DNA of 64,000 nucleotides from Patescibacteria group bacterium (GTDB lineage Bacteria; Patescibacteriota; Patescibacteriia; 2-01-FULL-39-33): NCBI GenBank assembly GCA_041650895.1, contig JBAZKF010000002.1, positions 7,967 to 71,966 of the forward strand, read 5' to 3'. Shown piece by piece: positions 45,579 to 53,896 of this stretch (position 1 is its first letter; each line of letters starts with the position of its first letter). The notes under the pieces were generated by a model. It saw only the letters and a program-made list of their open reading frames with translations, ran no database searches and was not told where the DNA came from. The position numbers and the translations under genes were made by a program.

Positions 45579-46958
45579 ATGTTAAATTTAAAAAATAAAA
45601 AAGCCCTGGTGATGGGTCTAGGATTGTATGAAGACGGTAGTGGAATAGCTGCTACCCGGTTTTTGTTATCCCAAGGCGCCAAGGTGACGGTAACGGATTT
45701 AAAAATCAGAAAACAACTTAATGATCAAATAAAGCGTTTGGGCCAATCGGCTCAAAAAGTTGAATGGGTTTTGGGGCGTCATCGTGAACAGGATTTCAAA
45801 CATCGGGATTTGATCTTAAGAAATCCCGGTGTGCCTCAGTTTTCGCGTTTTTTGAAGATCGCTCGCACCAATAAAATTCCGATTTATACTGATATTTCTT
45901 TATTCTTCCAATTGATTGACCGCAAGCGCTTAGTTGGTGTTACGGGTACGCGTGGCAAAAGCACTACCACTACCTTGATTTATGAGTTGGTAAAAACGTC
46001 GGACAAACTGGCAGTTTTGGCCGGCAATATTACTAAGTCGCCCTTGGCGCAAATGCCGTTGGTGAATAAGGGCGGCCGAATAATTTTGGAATTGTCGTCT
46101 TGGATGGCGGAGAGCTTGGCTGATATTAAGAAGTCGCCGCATATCGCCGTCTTGACTAATATTTATCCCGATCATTTAAATACTTATGAAACCATGGTTG
46201 ATTATATTGAGGCCAAGAAAAATGTTTTTAGATTCCAGACGCCGCAGGATTATGCCGTTTTAAATCGCGACAACAAGGAAACTTTGGCTGCCGGTAAAAA
46301 GGTTAACGCTCAGAGATATTGGTTCTCCTTAAAATTTTTTAGCGAAGAGAATGGCGCCTTTATCAGAAACGGCAGGATTATTTTTCGCCAAAACGGCGTT
46401 GAACAAATAATGTGTTCGGTCAGAGATATCAAGCTTTTGGGTGAACACAATTTGTCCAATGTTTTGGCTGCGGTTACTGTGGCGGGAATTATTGGCATTG
46501 GCCCCAAAAGCATTAAATCCGTACTGGGTCGTTTTTACGGTATATCCAATCGACTGGAACTGTTAAGGGAGACTGGAGGAGTGAAATATTACAATGACAC
46601 AACCTCCACTACGCCGGAAGCAACGATCGTCGCCCTAAAGGCATTGGCTGGCAGGAAGAATATCGTGCTGATTGCCGGCGGTTCGGATAAAGGCCTTGAT
46701 TTTAAAGTGTTAACAAAAGAGATAAAAGAACATTGTCGGGCAGTAGTATTGTTGAAAGGCACGGGAACGGATAGATTAAAAAAGAAAATTGATAATTATA
46801 CTATTGTAAATTCTATGTCCGATGCCGTCGGCGTTGCCAAGTCATTTTCTAAGACAGGTGACATAATCCTACTGTCGCCGGCTTGCGCCTCCTTCGGCAT
46901 GTTTATCAATGAGTTTGATCGTGGCGATCAGTTTCGCCGTTTAGTTAAAAAATTGTAA
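45579..46958 (+). CDS. murD: UDP-N-acetylmuramoylalanine--D-glutamate ligase MurD
   Basis: Mur ligase P-loop GVTGTRGKSTTTTLI, Mur ligase middle and C-terminal domains, 459 aa, dcw context. Confidence 0.9.
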   Translation: MLNLKNKKALVMGLGLYEDGSGIAATRFLLSQGAKVTVTDLKIRKQLNDQIKRLGQSAQKVEWVLGRHREQDFKHRDLILRNPGVPQFSRFLKIARTNKIPIYTDISLFFQLIDRKRLVGVTGTRGKSTTTTLIYELVKTSDKLAVLAGNITKSPLAQMPLVNKGGRIILELSSWMAESLADIKKSPHIAVLTNIYPDHLNTYETMVDYIEAKKNVFRFQTPQDYAVLNRDNKETLAAGKKVNAQRYWFSLKFFSEENGAFIRNGRIIFRQNGVEQIMCSVRDIKLLGEHNLSNVLAAVTVAGIIGIGPKSIKSVLGRFYGISNRLELLRETGGVKYYNDTTSTTPEATIVALKALAGRKNIVLIAGGSDKGLDFKVLTKEIKEHCRAVVLLKGTGTDRLKKKIDNYTIVNSMSDAVGVAKSFSKTGDIILLSPACASFGMFINEFDRGDQFRRLVKKL

Positions 46959-46964
46959 CAAATC

Positions 46965-48089
46965 ATGAATCAACCGCCTAAAAAACATAGGGAATTAGCT
47001 GGAATCGATTGGTACTTAATCGGCGCCATTTGGCTTTTGGTGATTTTTGGCTTGGTGATGGTTTCTTCCGCCGGCGTGGCTATCGGCTGGCAAAAATACC
47101 AGGATGTTTATTGGCATCTCAAGCATCAATTATTATTCGGCGTTTTGCCTGGTGGCGTTTTGTTTTTGATTTTGGCTAAAATTGACTATCATCGCTGGGA
47201 AAAATATGCGGCGCCCATGCTGTTTATTTCCATTCTGCTTTTAGTATTGGTGTTTCTTCCTGGCATCGGCGCGGCCTGGGGCACAAGCCATAGTTGGATT
47301 AATGTTTTCGGTTATTCGCTCCAACCGTCGGAAATCGTCAAGTTGACTTTTTTGATTTATTTGGCCGCCTGGCTATCCTCTAAGGAAGATCATCATTTGA
47401 AGGATTTATCCGCCGGTTTTTTGCCTTTTGTTTTTATTTTGGCTGTTATTACCGCTCTTTTGGTTTTAGAACCGGACACTGGCACCATGATTATTATTGT
47501 GGCCATGTCTTTGGCCGTGTATTTTTCTGCGGGCGGCAGATGGTTGCATTTGAGTTGGTTGACTGTCGCCGGTTTGGCCGGCCTCTGGGCGATCGTAAAA
47601 ATTTCTCCCTATCGCGCCGCTCGCTTTACTACTTTTTTGCACCCCGAACTTGATCCTCAGGGCATTGGCTATCAAGCCAATCAAGCGCTGTTAGCCATCG
47701 GCTCCGGCGGTTTATTCGGTCGCGGTTATAATCATAGCCGGCAGAAGTTCGCTTATCTGCCGGAAGTTACCGGTGATTCTATTTTTGCCGTTATTGCCGA
47801 AGAGTTGGGATTCATTTTGACCGGAGCCATTATTATTATTTATGCTTTTATTGCCGTGCGCGGTTTTAAATTGGCCGCCAGATGCCCGGATGCCTTTGGG
47901 CGTTTGTTGGTTGTCGGTATTGTTACCTGGTTTATCACTCAGGCTTTTATAAATATCGGTGCCATGCTCGGCGTTATGCCGTTGACCGGCATCCCCTTGC
48001 CTTTTATTTCTTACGGCGGTACGGCGTTGATGATGTCGCTGGCCGCAGCCGGTATTCTAGCCAATATTTCTAAACAAGCCAATAATTAA
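46965..48089 (+). CDS. ftsW: SEDS-family peptidoglycan glycosyltransferase FtsW
   Basis: 374 aa with 10 TM helices (SEDS/FtsW-RodA family); sits between murD and murG. Confidence 0.8.
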   Translation: MNQPPKKHRELAGIDWYLIGAIWLLVIFGLVMVSSAGVAIGWQKYQDVYWHLKHQLLFGVLPGGVLFLILAKIDYHRWEKYAAPMLFISILLLVLVFLPGIGAAWGTSHSWINVFGYSLQPSEIVKLTFLIYLAAWLSSKEDHHLKDLSAGFLPFVFILAVITALLVLEPDTGTMIIIVAMSLAVYFSAGGRWLHLSWLTVAGLAGLWAIVKISPYRAARFTTFLHPELDPQGIGYQANQALLAIGSGGLFGRGYNHSRQKFAYLPEVTGDSIFAVIAEELGFILTGAIIIIYAFIAVRGFKLAARCPDAFGRLLVVGIVTWFITQAFINIGAMLGVMPLTGIPLPFISYGGTALMMSLAAAGILANISKQANN

Positions 48090-48092
48090 TTT

Positions 48093-49196
48093 ATGAATAA
48101 GCGAGAGACAAATATCATGCCGGATAATCCGGATAACACAGAAAGCCGATCTAATCAAGAGATTACTGATAGGATAGAAAGATTAAAATCAGCTTACCCC
48201 GATATTTCCCGGCCAGAGTATTGGCTGTCATTGGAAAATGCTTTGCGAGCGGAGAAATTTTTGTTGGAAAAAATCGAACCGCTCATTGACACCCCCGATC
48301 ACCCTCGCGCCAATCCTGCCTATCGCCGGCGAATAAATAATTTTTCCGATCGAATAACTGACTATATTATGTTGCACCCCCATGCTGGGACAGAGGAGGT
48401 TGGCCGAGCGTGCAATATCAAATTAAAGGAATTAGAGCAAATTAAGCAATTGCAAATCGCCAAGCATTATTTGGCGCGTTGTGTAACCTCTGTTGGCAGG
48501 GATGCTTCAATCATAATCAATGAATTTGACGAGATGTGTTTCTTCCGGCCGGCCACGCCAGAACCCGGGGAGGAAAATAAATATTGGAAGACGGAAGAAT
48601 TGGGCGTGCCGGCGATGCTTTCCGGAGCCTTTGTCTTCAGTGAAGAAGCTTGGTCCAGAATAGAGCCCGACTGGAAGAAAAATGAGTTTGATGAAGCCGG
48701 AGAAAATTTTTGCATGTCAATAACGGGACGCAGTATAGATAGGAAATATTTTAGAGGAGAGAGTAATCCTTTGCATTATTTGGGTTTAAGTTATTTTTTA
48801 GAAAGGATTAAAAAGGATATAATAAGTTCCAGCAGGCATGAAGTCATTCATCAAATTGATTTTTTAAAGTCCGAAAGACGGGGTGTAAGTCTTATTTTGA
48901 CGGAAGTTATTGCTTTTCGCATTGATGGTCAGATGGATCAACCGAAAAACAGAAAAAAATTGCGCGACAGGTTCCGAGAGTTTATTAACGATCATATAAA
49001 GGGTTACTTGGAAGATTATAAAGCGGCCGATGTAGAAGAAGACAAGAAAACCGTTGACGCTTTTTTGGCGGTATTGGATGAAGCGGAAAAAGCTATCGGT
49101 TTTGCCCGAACGACCAGTATTCTGTTAGACTCGCTGACTTTGATGGAAGCGGCGGACAAATTAAATAAAGCAGCAGGAATAAGTTATGAAATATAA
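48093..49196 (+). CDS. Hypothetical cytoplasmic protein embedded in the dcw cluster between ftsW and murG
   Basis: 367 aa, no TM helix, no recognisable motif; starts 4 nt after the ftsW stop and overlaps the murG start by 11 nt. Confidence 0.6.
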   Translation: MNKRETNIMPDNPDNTESRSNQEITDRIERLKSAYPDISRPEYWLSLENALRAEKFLLEKIEPLIDTPDHPRANPAYRRRINNFSDRITDYIMLHPHAGTEEVGRACNIKLKELEQIKQLQIAKHYLARCVTSVGRDASIIINEFDEMCFFRPATPEPGEENKYWKTEELGVPAMLSGAFVFSEEAWSRIEPDWKKNEFDEAGENFCMSITGRSIDRKYFRGESNPLHYLGLSYFLERIKKDIISSSRHEVIHQIDFLKSERRGVSLILTEVIAFRIDGQMDQPKNRKKLRDRFREFINDHIKGYLEDYKAADVEEDKKTVDAFLAVLDEAEKAIGFARTTSILLDSLTLMEAADKLNKAAGISYEI

Positions 49197-50259
49197 ATTA
49201 TTATTATCCGGCGGCGGCACCATGGGTTCGGTTTCTCCGCTTATAGCCGTTTGTCAGGAAATCAAAAAGAGGCAGCCCGAAGCGGAATTCTTGTTTGTCG
49301 GTACCGCTGGCGGTCCGGAACGAGCGGCCGTGGAGAGCTATAAAATACCTTTCGCGGTTATTGCTTCAGGTAAATTCCGCCGTTATTTTTCTTGGCAGAA
49401 TTTTACCGATCCATTCAAGATCGTTAAGGCATTCTGCCAATCAATAAAAATCCTGCTGGCCTTTCGCCCTCAAGCGGTGATGGTAGCCGGCGCTTATGTG
49501 GGAGTGCCTTTGGCCTGGGCGGCATGGTTTTTACGCATCCCTGTTTTAATCCATCAGCAAGATATAGAAGTCGGCCTAGCTAACCGTTTAATGTCCCCCG
49601 TGGCTAAAAAAGTCACTGTGTCTTTTGATATTTCTTTGCGCGACTTTAAGCGCGGCCGGGCGATTTTAACCGGCAATCCAATTCGGGAGGAATTCAGTCA
49701 TTGCGATAAGGATAAGAGCCGTGAGCTGTTCGGTTTAAGAAAAGATGTGCCGACGGTGTTTTTTACCGGTGGCGGTACGGGGGCGATAGCGATTAATGAA
49801 GTATTGGACCGAGCCCTGCCTGATCTAATGAAATTTATTCAAGTGATTCATGTTACCGGCAAGGGCAAGAAAATAGATTTTTCTGCTGACAATTATCATC
49901 AGTTTGAGTTTATGACGCACGAAATGACCGAAGCATTGTGCGTGGCTGATTTGGTGGTAACGCGCGCCGGCCTGTCTACTTTGTCGGAATTGTCTTATTG
50001 CGGCAAACCGGCAATCATCATCCCGATGTATCGGACGCACCAAGAAAACAATGCTAATTATTTCCAGCAACATAACGCCGCTGTGGTTTTATCCGAAGCT
50101 TCGCTTAATAAGAAAATGTTGACTGATATTATCAGTGAGCTGATTAAAAGCGACGATAAGTTGGACAACTTGTCAAAAAATATTAAGAAAATGATGCCGC
50201 AAACCGGCGCCGGAGCAGTGGCGGATATTTTGTTAAAATTAATCAAAAATAAAAAATGA
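49186..50259 (+). CDS. murG: UDP-N-acetylglucosamine--N-acetylmuramyl-(pentapeptide) pyrophosphoryl-undecaprenol GlcNAc transferase MurG
   Basis: GT28 family: N-terminal G-rich loop LLSGGGTMGSVSP, C-terminal GGTGA...E motif; stop overlaps the murC start (ATGA). Confidence 0.9.
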   Translation: MKYKLLLSGGGTMGSVSPLIAVCQEIKKRQPEAEFLFVGTAGGPERAAVESYKIPFAVIASGKFRRYFSWQNFTDPFKIVKAFCQSIKILLAFRPQAVMVAGAYVGVPLAWAAWFLRIPVLIHQQDIEVGLANRLMSPVAKKVTVSFDISLRDFKRGRAILTGNPIREEFSHCDKDKSRELFGLRKDVPTVFFTGGGTGAIAINEVLDRALPDLMKFIQVIHVTGKGKKIDFSADNYHQFEFMTHEMTEALCVADLVVTRAGLSTLSELSYCGKPAIIIPMYRTHQENNANYFQQHNAAVVLSEASLNKKMLTDIISELIKSDDKLDNLSKNIKKMMPQTGAGAVADILLKLIKNKK

Positions 50260-51617
50260 ACTTAGCTAAAATAAAAAAAATCCATTTTATCGGTATTGGT
50301 GGCATCGGCATTTCTGCCGCCGCGCGTTTGGCGCAAGCCAGGGGCATAAGGGTTACGGGCAGTGATGCGCAATTAAGTGAAGTGGTTAATGATTTGCGAG
50401 TTTCGGGCTTTGATGTAAAAACTCCTCAGCAAGCGGAGAATGTCCCGGCTGATGCCGATCTGATCGTTTATACCGTGGCCGCGCCGGAAGATAATCCGGA
50501 AAGAGCGCGCGCTCAAGAATTGGGGATAGAGCAGATGACTTATCCGCAGTTTTTGGGGCTGTTGATGGCTGGTAAATTCGGCATTGGCGTATCCGGCACT
50601 AATGGCAAGACCACCACTACCGCCATGGTCGCCAAAATTTTGATTGACGCGGGCAAGGATCCGAGCGTGGTTTTGGGAGCCAAAGCGGATTTCCTGTCCG
50701 GCAATGCTCGGGCGGGCCGGAGTGAATATTTCGTGTTTGAAAGCGATGAATATCGCCGAGCTTTTGATAATTATTCTCCGCGCCTGGCCGCTGTCACTTA
50801 TATCGGCGAGGATCATCTTGATTATTATAAAGACCTGGCCGAAATCAAATCGGCGTTTAAGGATTATTTGTCGCATGTGCCGGCCGAAGGATATGTGGTG
50901 CTTAATGCCGATGATCTTAATTCTTTAGAACTGGCGCCGGCGCTTAAAGCGGCTAAAATAACTTTTGGCATAAACAATGAGGCTGATTATAAAGCCAGTC
51001 AAATAGAAACGGTTTCCGGCAAACAAGTTTTTTCGGTCGGTGAGTCAGGGCGGTTTTCATTGCTTTTGCCCGGCCATTATAATATCTATAATGCTTTATG
51101 CGCCATCACTGTTTGTTGCGCCATAGGGATTGATGTTGAAATTATTAGACAATCTTTGGCCGGCTTTACCGGTACTTGGCGGCGGTTTGAACGGCTGGGA
51201 CGGTTGGGCCAAGCCGAGGTGATAGCTGATTACGCTCATACGCCCGATGCGATCCATCAAGTGATTGAGGCTACGCAAGAGTTTTATCCGGGCAAAAGGA
51301 TTCTGACTGTGTTCCAGCCGCATCAGTACGCCCGAACAAAAAATTTGTTCAGTAAGTTCGCGACGGCTTTCGGCTCCGCGGAGCAAGTGATAATTCCCGA
51401 TATATTCTATGTGGCCGGACGGGAGAAACCCGAGGATTTTGATGTTGATTCCAAAGCGTTGGTTGAAGCGATTGCGGCACAGGGCGTTAAAGCGGTTTAT
51501 GGCGGTTCGCTTTCCGCAAGCGAAGAGCTGGTTAGAAAGATGGCAAAAGATTTTGATATAGTTTTGGTTTTGGGCGCCGGCGATGTTTATGAGCTGGCGA
51601 AAAATTTGGTTAAATGA
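50256..51617 (+). CDS. murC: UDP-N-acetylmuramate--L-alanine ligase MurC
   Basis: Mur ligase P-loop GVSGTNGKTTTTAMV, 453 aa, dcw context. Confidence 0.9.
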   Translation: MNLAKIKKIHFIGIGGIGISAAARLAQARGIRVTGSDAQLSEVVNDLRVSGFDVKTPQQAENVPADADLIVYTVAAPEDNPERARAQELGIEQMTYPQFLGLLMAGKFGIGVSGTNGKTTTTAMVAKILIDAGKDPSVVLGAKADFLSGNARAGRSEYFVFESDEYRRAFDNYSPRLAAVTYIGEDHLDYYKDLAEIKSAFKDYLSHVPAEGYVVLNADDLNSLELAPALKAAKITFGINNEADYKASQIETVSGKQVFSVGESGRFSLLLPGHYNIYNALCAITVCCAIGIDVEIIRQSLAGFTGTWRRFERLGRLGQAEVIADYAHTPDAIHQVIEATQEFYPGKRILTVFQPHQYARTKNLFSKFATAFGSAEQVIIPDIFYVAGREKPEDFDVDSKALVEAIAAQGVKAVYGGSLSASEELVRKMAKDFDIVLVLGAGDVYELAKNLVK

Positions 51618-51619
51618 AA

Positions 51620-51640
51620 ACACCGACGAATTGTCGGTGT
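51620..51640. terminator. Hairpin terminator between murC and the convergent minus-strand gene
   Basis: ACACCGAC-gaatt-GTCGGTGT perfect 8-bp stem; on the minus strand it is followed by ttttcattt. Confidence 0.5.
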
Positions 51641-51658
51641 TAGCAAAGAACTTTAAAA

Positions 51659-52045
51659 TCAGGAAGGTTTTCTGCCTATTGCGACGTTACATGCAAAAGC
51701 AAAACGTTCGGGATGTTCCAGGTAATCATAGAGGAATTGTATTTTATCCCTGATTTTGTCATTGTTCTCCGGGGGAGCGCTGTGGTCAATTTCTAACCAA
51801 AGCAAGGAACGGATTTCTGCGATGATTTCCGGCAGTCGGGGAGCGGAGAGGGTTTTACCTTTTTCATATTCAGGGTTGTTGCCCCATAAGAGCGCCATGA
51901 GGACAACCATTAAGTCGCCCTCTTCCCTTAAGCTGGCGCGCAGATTAAATACCATAGTTGTTAACTTTAAAAGCAATTCATTGGGAAAGGGCTTCATGGC
52001 CGCTTCGCGTTGCTCGGCCGTTAAGGAACAGTGATATTCAGCCAT
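51659..52045 (-). CDS. Hypothetical protein (128 aa), second gene of an antisense pair inserted between murC and murB
   Basis: RBS AAAGGAGAAAC upstream of the ATG (minus strand); no TM helix, no known motif; its start overlaps the upstream gene's stop by 25 nt. Confidence 0.5.
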   Translation of the reverse strand: MAEYHCSLTAEQREAAMKPFPNELLLKLTTMVFNLRASLREEGDLMVVLMALLWGNNPEYEKGKTLSAPRLPEIIAEIRSLLWLEIDHSAPPENNDKIRDKIQFLYDYLEHPERFAFACNVAIGRKPS

Positions 52046-52272
52046 TGTTTCTCCTTTTTGTTTTTTCGTGTCTTTTCTTCAATAAAGCAATCCTCGGATA
52101 TTTCCTGAAAGGACAAAATAGCTATCCGTGTGTCGCAAAAACAAACATCACTGATTTTTTCTGCTGCCTGACTGATTGGAAAGTAGTCTTTATCAAATGC
52201 CAGAAGGATATTGGCGATGCTTGGGTTAAAATGTTCGTTGAACATAGCGTAAGAAACAAACCAGTATTTCAT
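52021..52272 (-). CDS. Hypothetical protein (83 aa), first gene of the antisense pair
   Basis: Strong RBS GAAGGAGAAG 6 nt upstream of the ATG at 52272 (minus strand); acidic; no known motif. Confidence 0.5.
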   Translation of the reverse strand: MKYWFVSYAMFNEHFNPSIANILLAFDKDYFPISQAAEKISDVCFCDTRIAILSFQEISEDCFIEEKTRKNKKEKQWLNITVP

Positions 52273-52334
52273 GATTCTTCTCCTTCTCGGTTGGTTAATC
52301 CAAAGATTGCCAAATTATTGTTAAAAGAACTCTA

Positions 52335-52369
52335 TTGATTTATGATATTATCATAATAAATAATCAATG
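52335..52369. promoter_or_regulatory. Imperfect ~35-bp palindrome in the divergent region between the antisense pair and murB
   Basis: ATTGATTTATGATA-T-TATCATAATAAATAATCAAT with a perfect inner core TGATA-T-TATCA; operator-like. Confidence 0.35.
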
Positions 52370-52492
52370 TCAATATGCCAGTAGATTTATATAAAATCCA
52401 ACAAAAAGCCGAACAGCCGCGCAAGCGGAAAAAAGTCAAGAAAGTACCGGGGTTTGCCGCACAGCAACAAGCCTTAGAATTAAGCAAATATT

Positions 52493-53461
52493 ATGTTAGA
52501 ACAAGCCAGAAAAAATCTCGACAAAAGGTTTAAAGAAAATGAATCATTAGCCAATCACACCACTTTGCGGATCGGCGGACCGGCTAAATTTTTTGCACTT
52601 GCAAAAAATACTGAGGAAATTTTAGGGTTGATGCAAGAAGCGGAGATGGCAAGAATAAATTATGCTATTATGGGTGGCGGCAGTAATATTTTGGCCAGTG
52701 ATGCCGGTTTTGATGGTCTGGTGATAAAAATAAACGGCGGTGAAATAAAAATCAGCGAAGATCAAATAATTATGGATGCCGGTGTGCCCTTGGCCTTGGC
52801 GCTTGCTGAATCACTCAAGGCCGGATTAACCGGTTTAGAGTGGGCGACAGGCATTCCCGGAACTGTCGGCGGAGCTATCTGCGGTAATGCCGGAGCCTAT
52901 GGCGGAGAAATGGCGCAAAACGTGGCTACAGTAAAAGTTCTAAGAGAAAAAGCGATAATAGAATTGAGCAATGGTGATTGCGATTTTAGTTATCGCGCGA
53001 GCCGGTTTAAAAATGATGGCAACAAAGATATTATTTTGTCCGCCACTCTGAAATTGAAAGTTGCCGTAACTGATGAAATCGCCGTGGCTAAAGAAAAAAT
53101 ATCAAAGATAATGGCGGAGCGTAGCGTTAAATTCAGCGAAGGGCCGTCGGCCGGCAGTTTTTTCCATAACATCTCGTTGACTCCGGAAGAAACAATTGAA
53201 CTTAAAAGCCGGCACCCGGAAATCCCCGAACAATTTATCGCTTGGCAAAAGATTCCCGTTGCCTGGCTGATCGATGAATGCGGTTTGCGCGGCCGGCAGA
53301 TTGGCGGCGCCAAAGTCAGTGATCAACACGCCGGAATAATCATTAATGCCGGTGGCGCGACAGCCAGCGATGTGATAATGTTAGCATCAGTAATCAAGCA
53401 AAAAGTCAGAAGCAAGTTCAGTTTGCAATTAATGGAGGAAGTCCAATATTTGGGATTTTAA
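52493..53461 (+). CDS. murB: UDP-N-acetylenolpyruvoylglucosamine reductase MurB
   Basis: FAD-binding N-terminal domain (ANHTTLRIGGPAKFF...MGGGSNIL) and MurB C-terminal domain; 322 aa. Confidence 0.9.
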   Translation: MLEQARKNLDKRFKENESLANHTTLRIGGPAKFFALAKNTEEILGLMQEAEMARINYAIMGGGSNILASDAGFDGLVIKINGGEIKISEDQIIMDAGVPLALALAESLKAGLTGLEWATGIPGTVGGAICGNAGAYGGEMAQNVATVKVLREKAIIELSNGDCDFSYRASRFKNDGNKDIILSATLKLKVAVTDEIAVAKEKISKIMAERSVKFSEGPSAGSFFHNISLTPEETIELKSRHPEIPEQFIAWQKIPVAWLIDECGLRGRQIGGAKVSDQHAGIIINAGGATASDVIMLASVIKQKVRSKFSLQLMEEVQYLGF

Positions 53462-53490
53462 TTTTTAATAATTAATTGTTAATATAATTT

Positions 53491-53793
53491 ATGAACATCT
53501 CAATCAAAGGAACAAAAATTGAACTCACGCCGGGCATTGAAGCGGCGGTTAATGAGAAAATCGGCGGACTGTCTAAATATTTTGACAATATCATCGGTTG
53601 CGAGGTGGAAGTGGGCAAAACTACCGAACATCACCATAAGGGCGATATTTTTCGGGCCGAGGTTAATTTGGAAGTGCCGAAGAAAGTCATTCGCGCTGAA
53701 GCCGAGTCTGACGATTTATACAAATCAATCAATGAAGTCAAAGATAAGATGAAGGTAGAGATTATGAAATATAAGGAAACCCTGCGCGATTAG
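53491..53793 (+). CDS. hpf: Ribosome hibernation promoting factor / ribosome-associated inhibitor (HPF/RaiA, short form)
   Basis: 100 aa MNISIKGTKIELTPGIEAAVNEKIGGLSKYF... matches the S30AE/YfiA family fold. Confidence 0.8.
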   Translation: MNISIKGTKIELTPGIEAAVNEKIGGLSKYFDNIIGCEVEVGKTTEHHHKGDIFRAEVNLEVPKKVIRAEAESDDLYKSINEVKDKMKVEIMKYKETLRD

Positions 53794-53896
53794 TTGATTC
53801 AGTCGACGCAATCAGCTTTGCCGGCTAGCAACTGGCGCATTGCCAAAAAGAATGAAATGTTGTAAACTAATCCAATCTTGATTTAAACCATAATTT

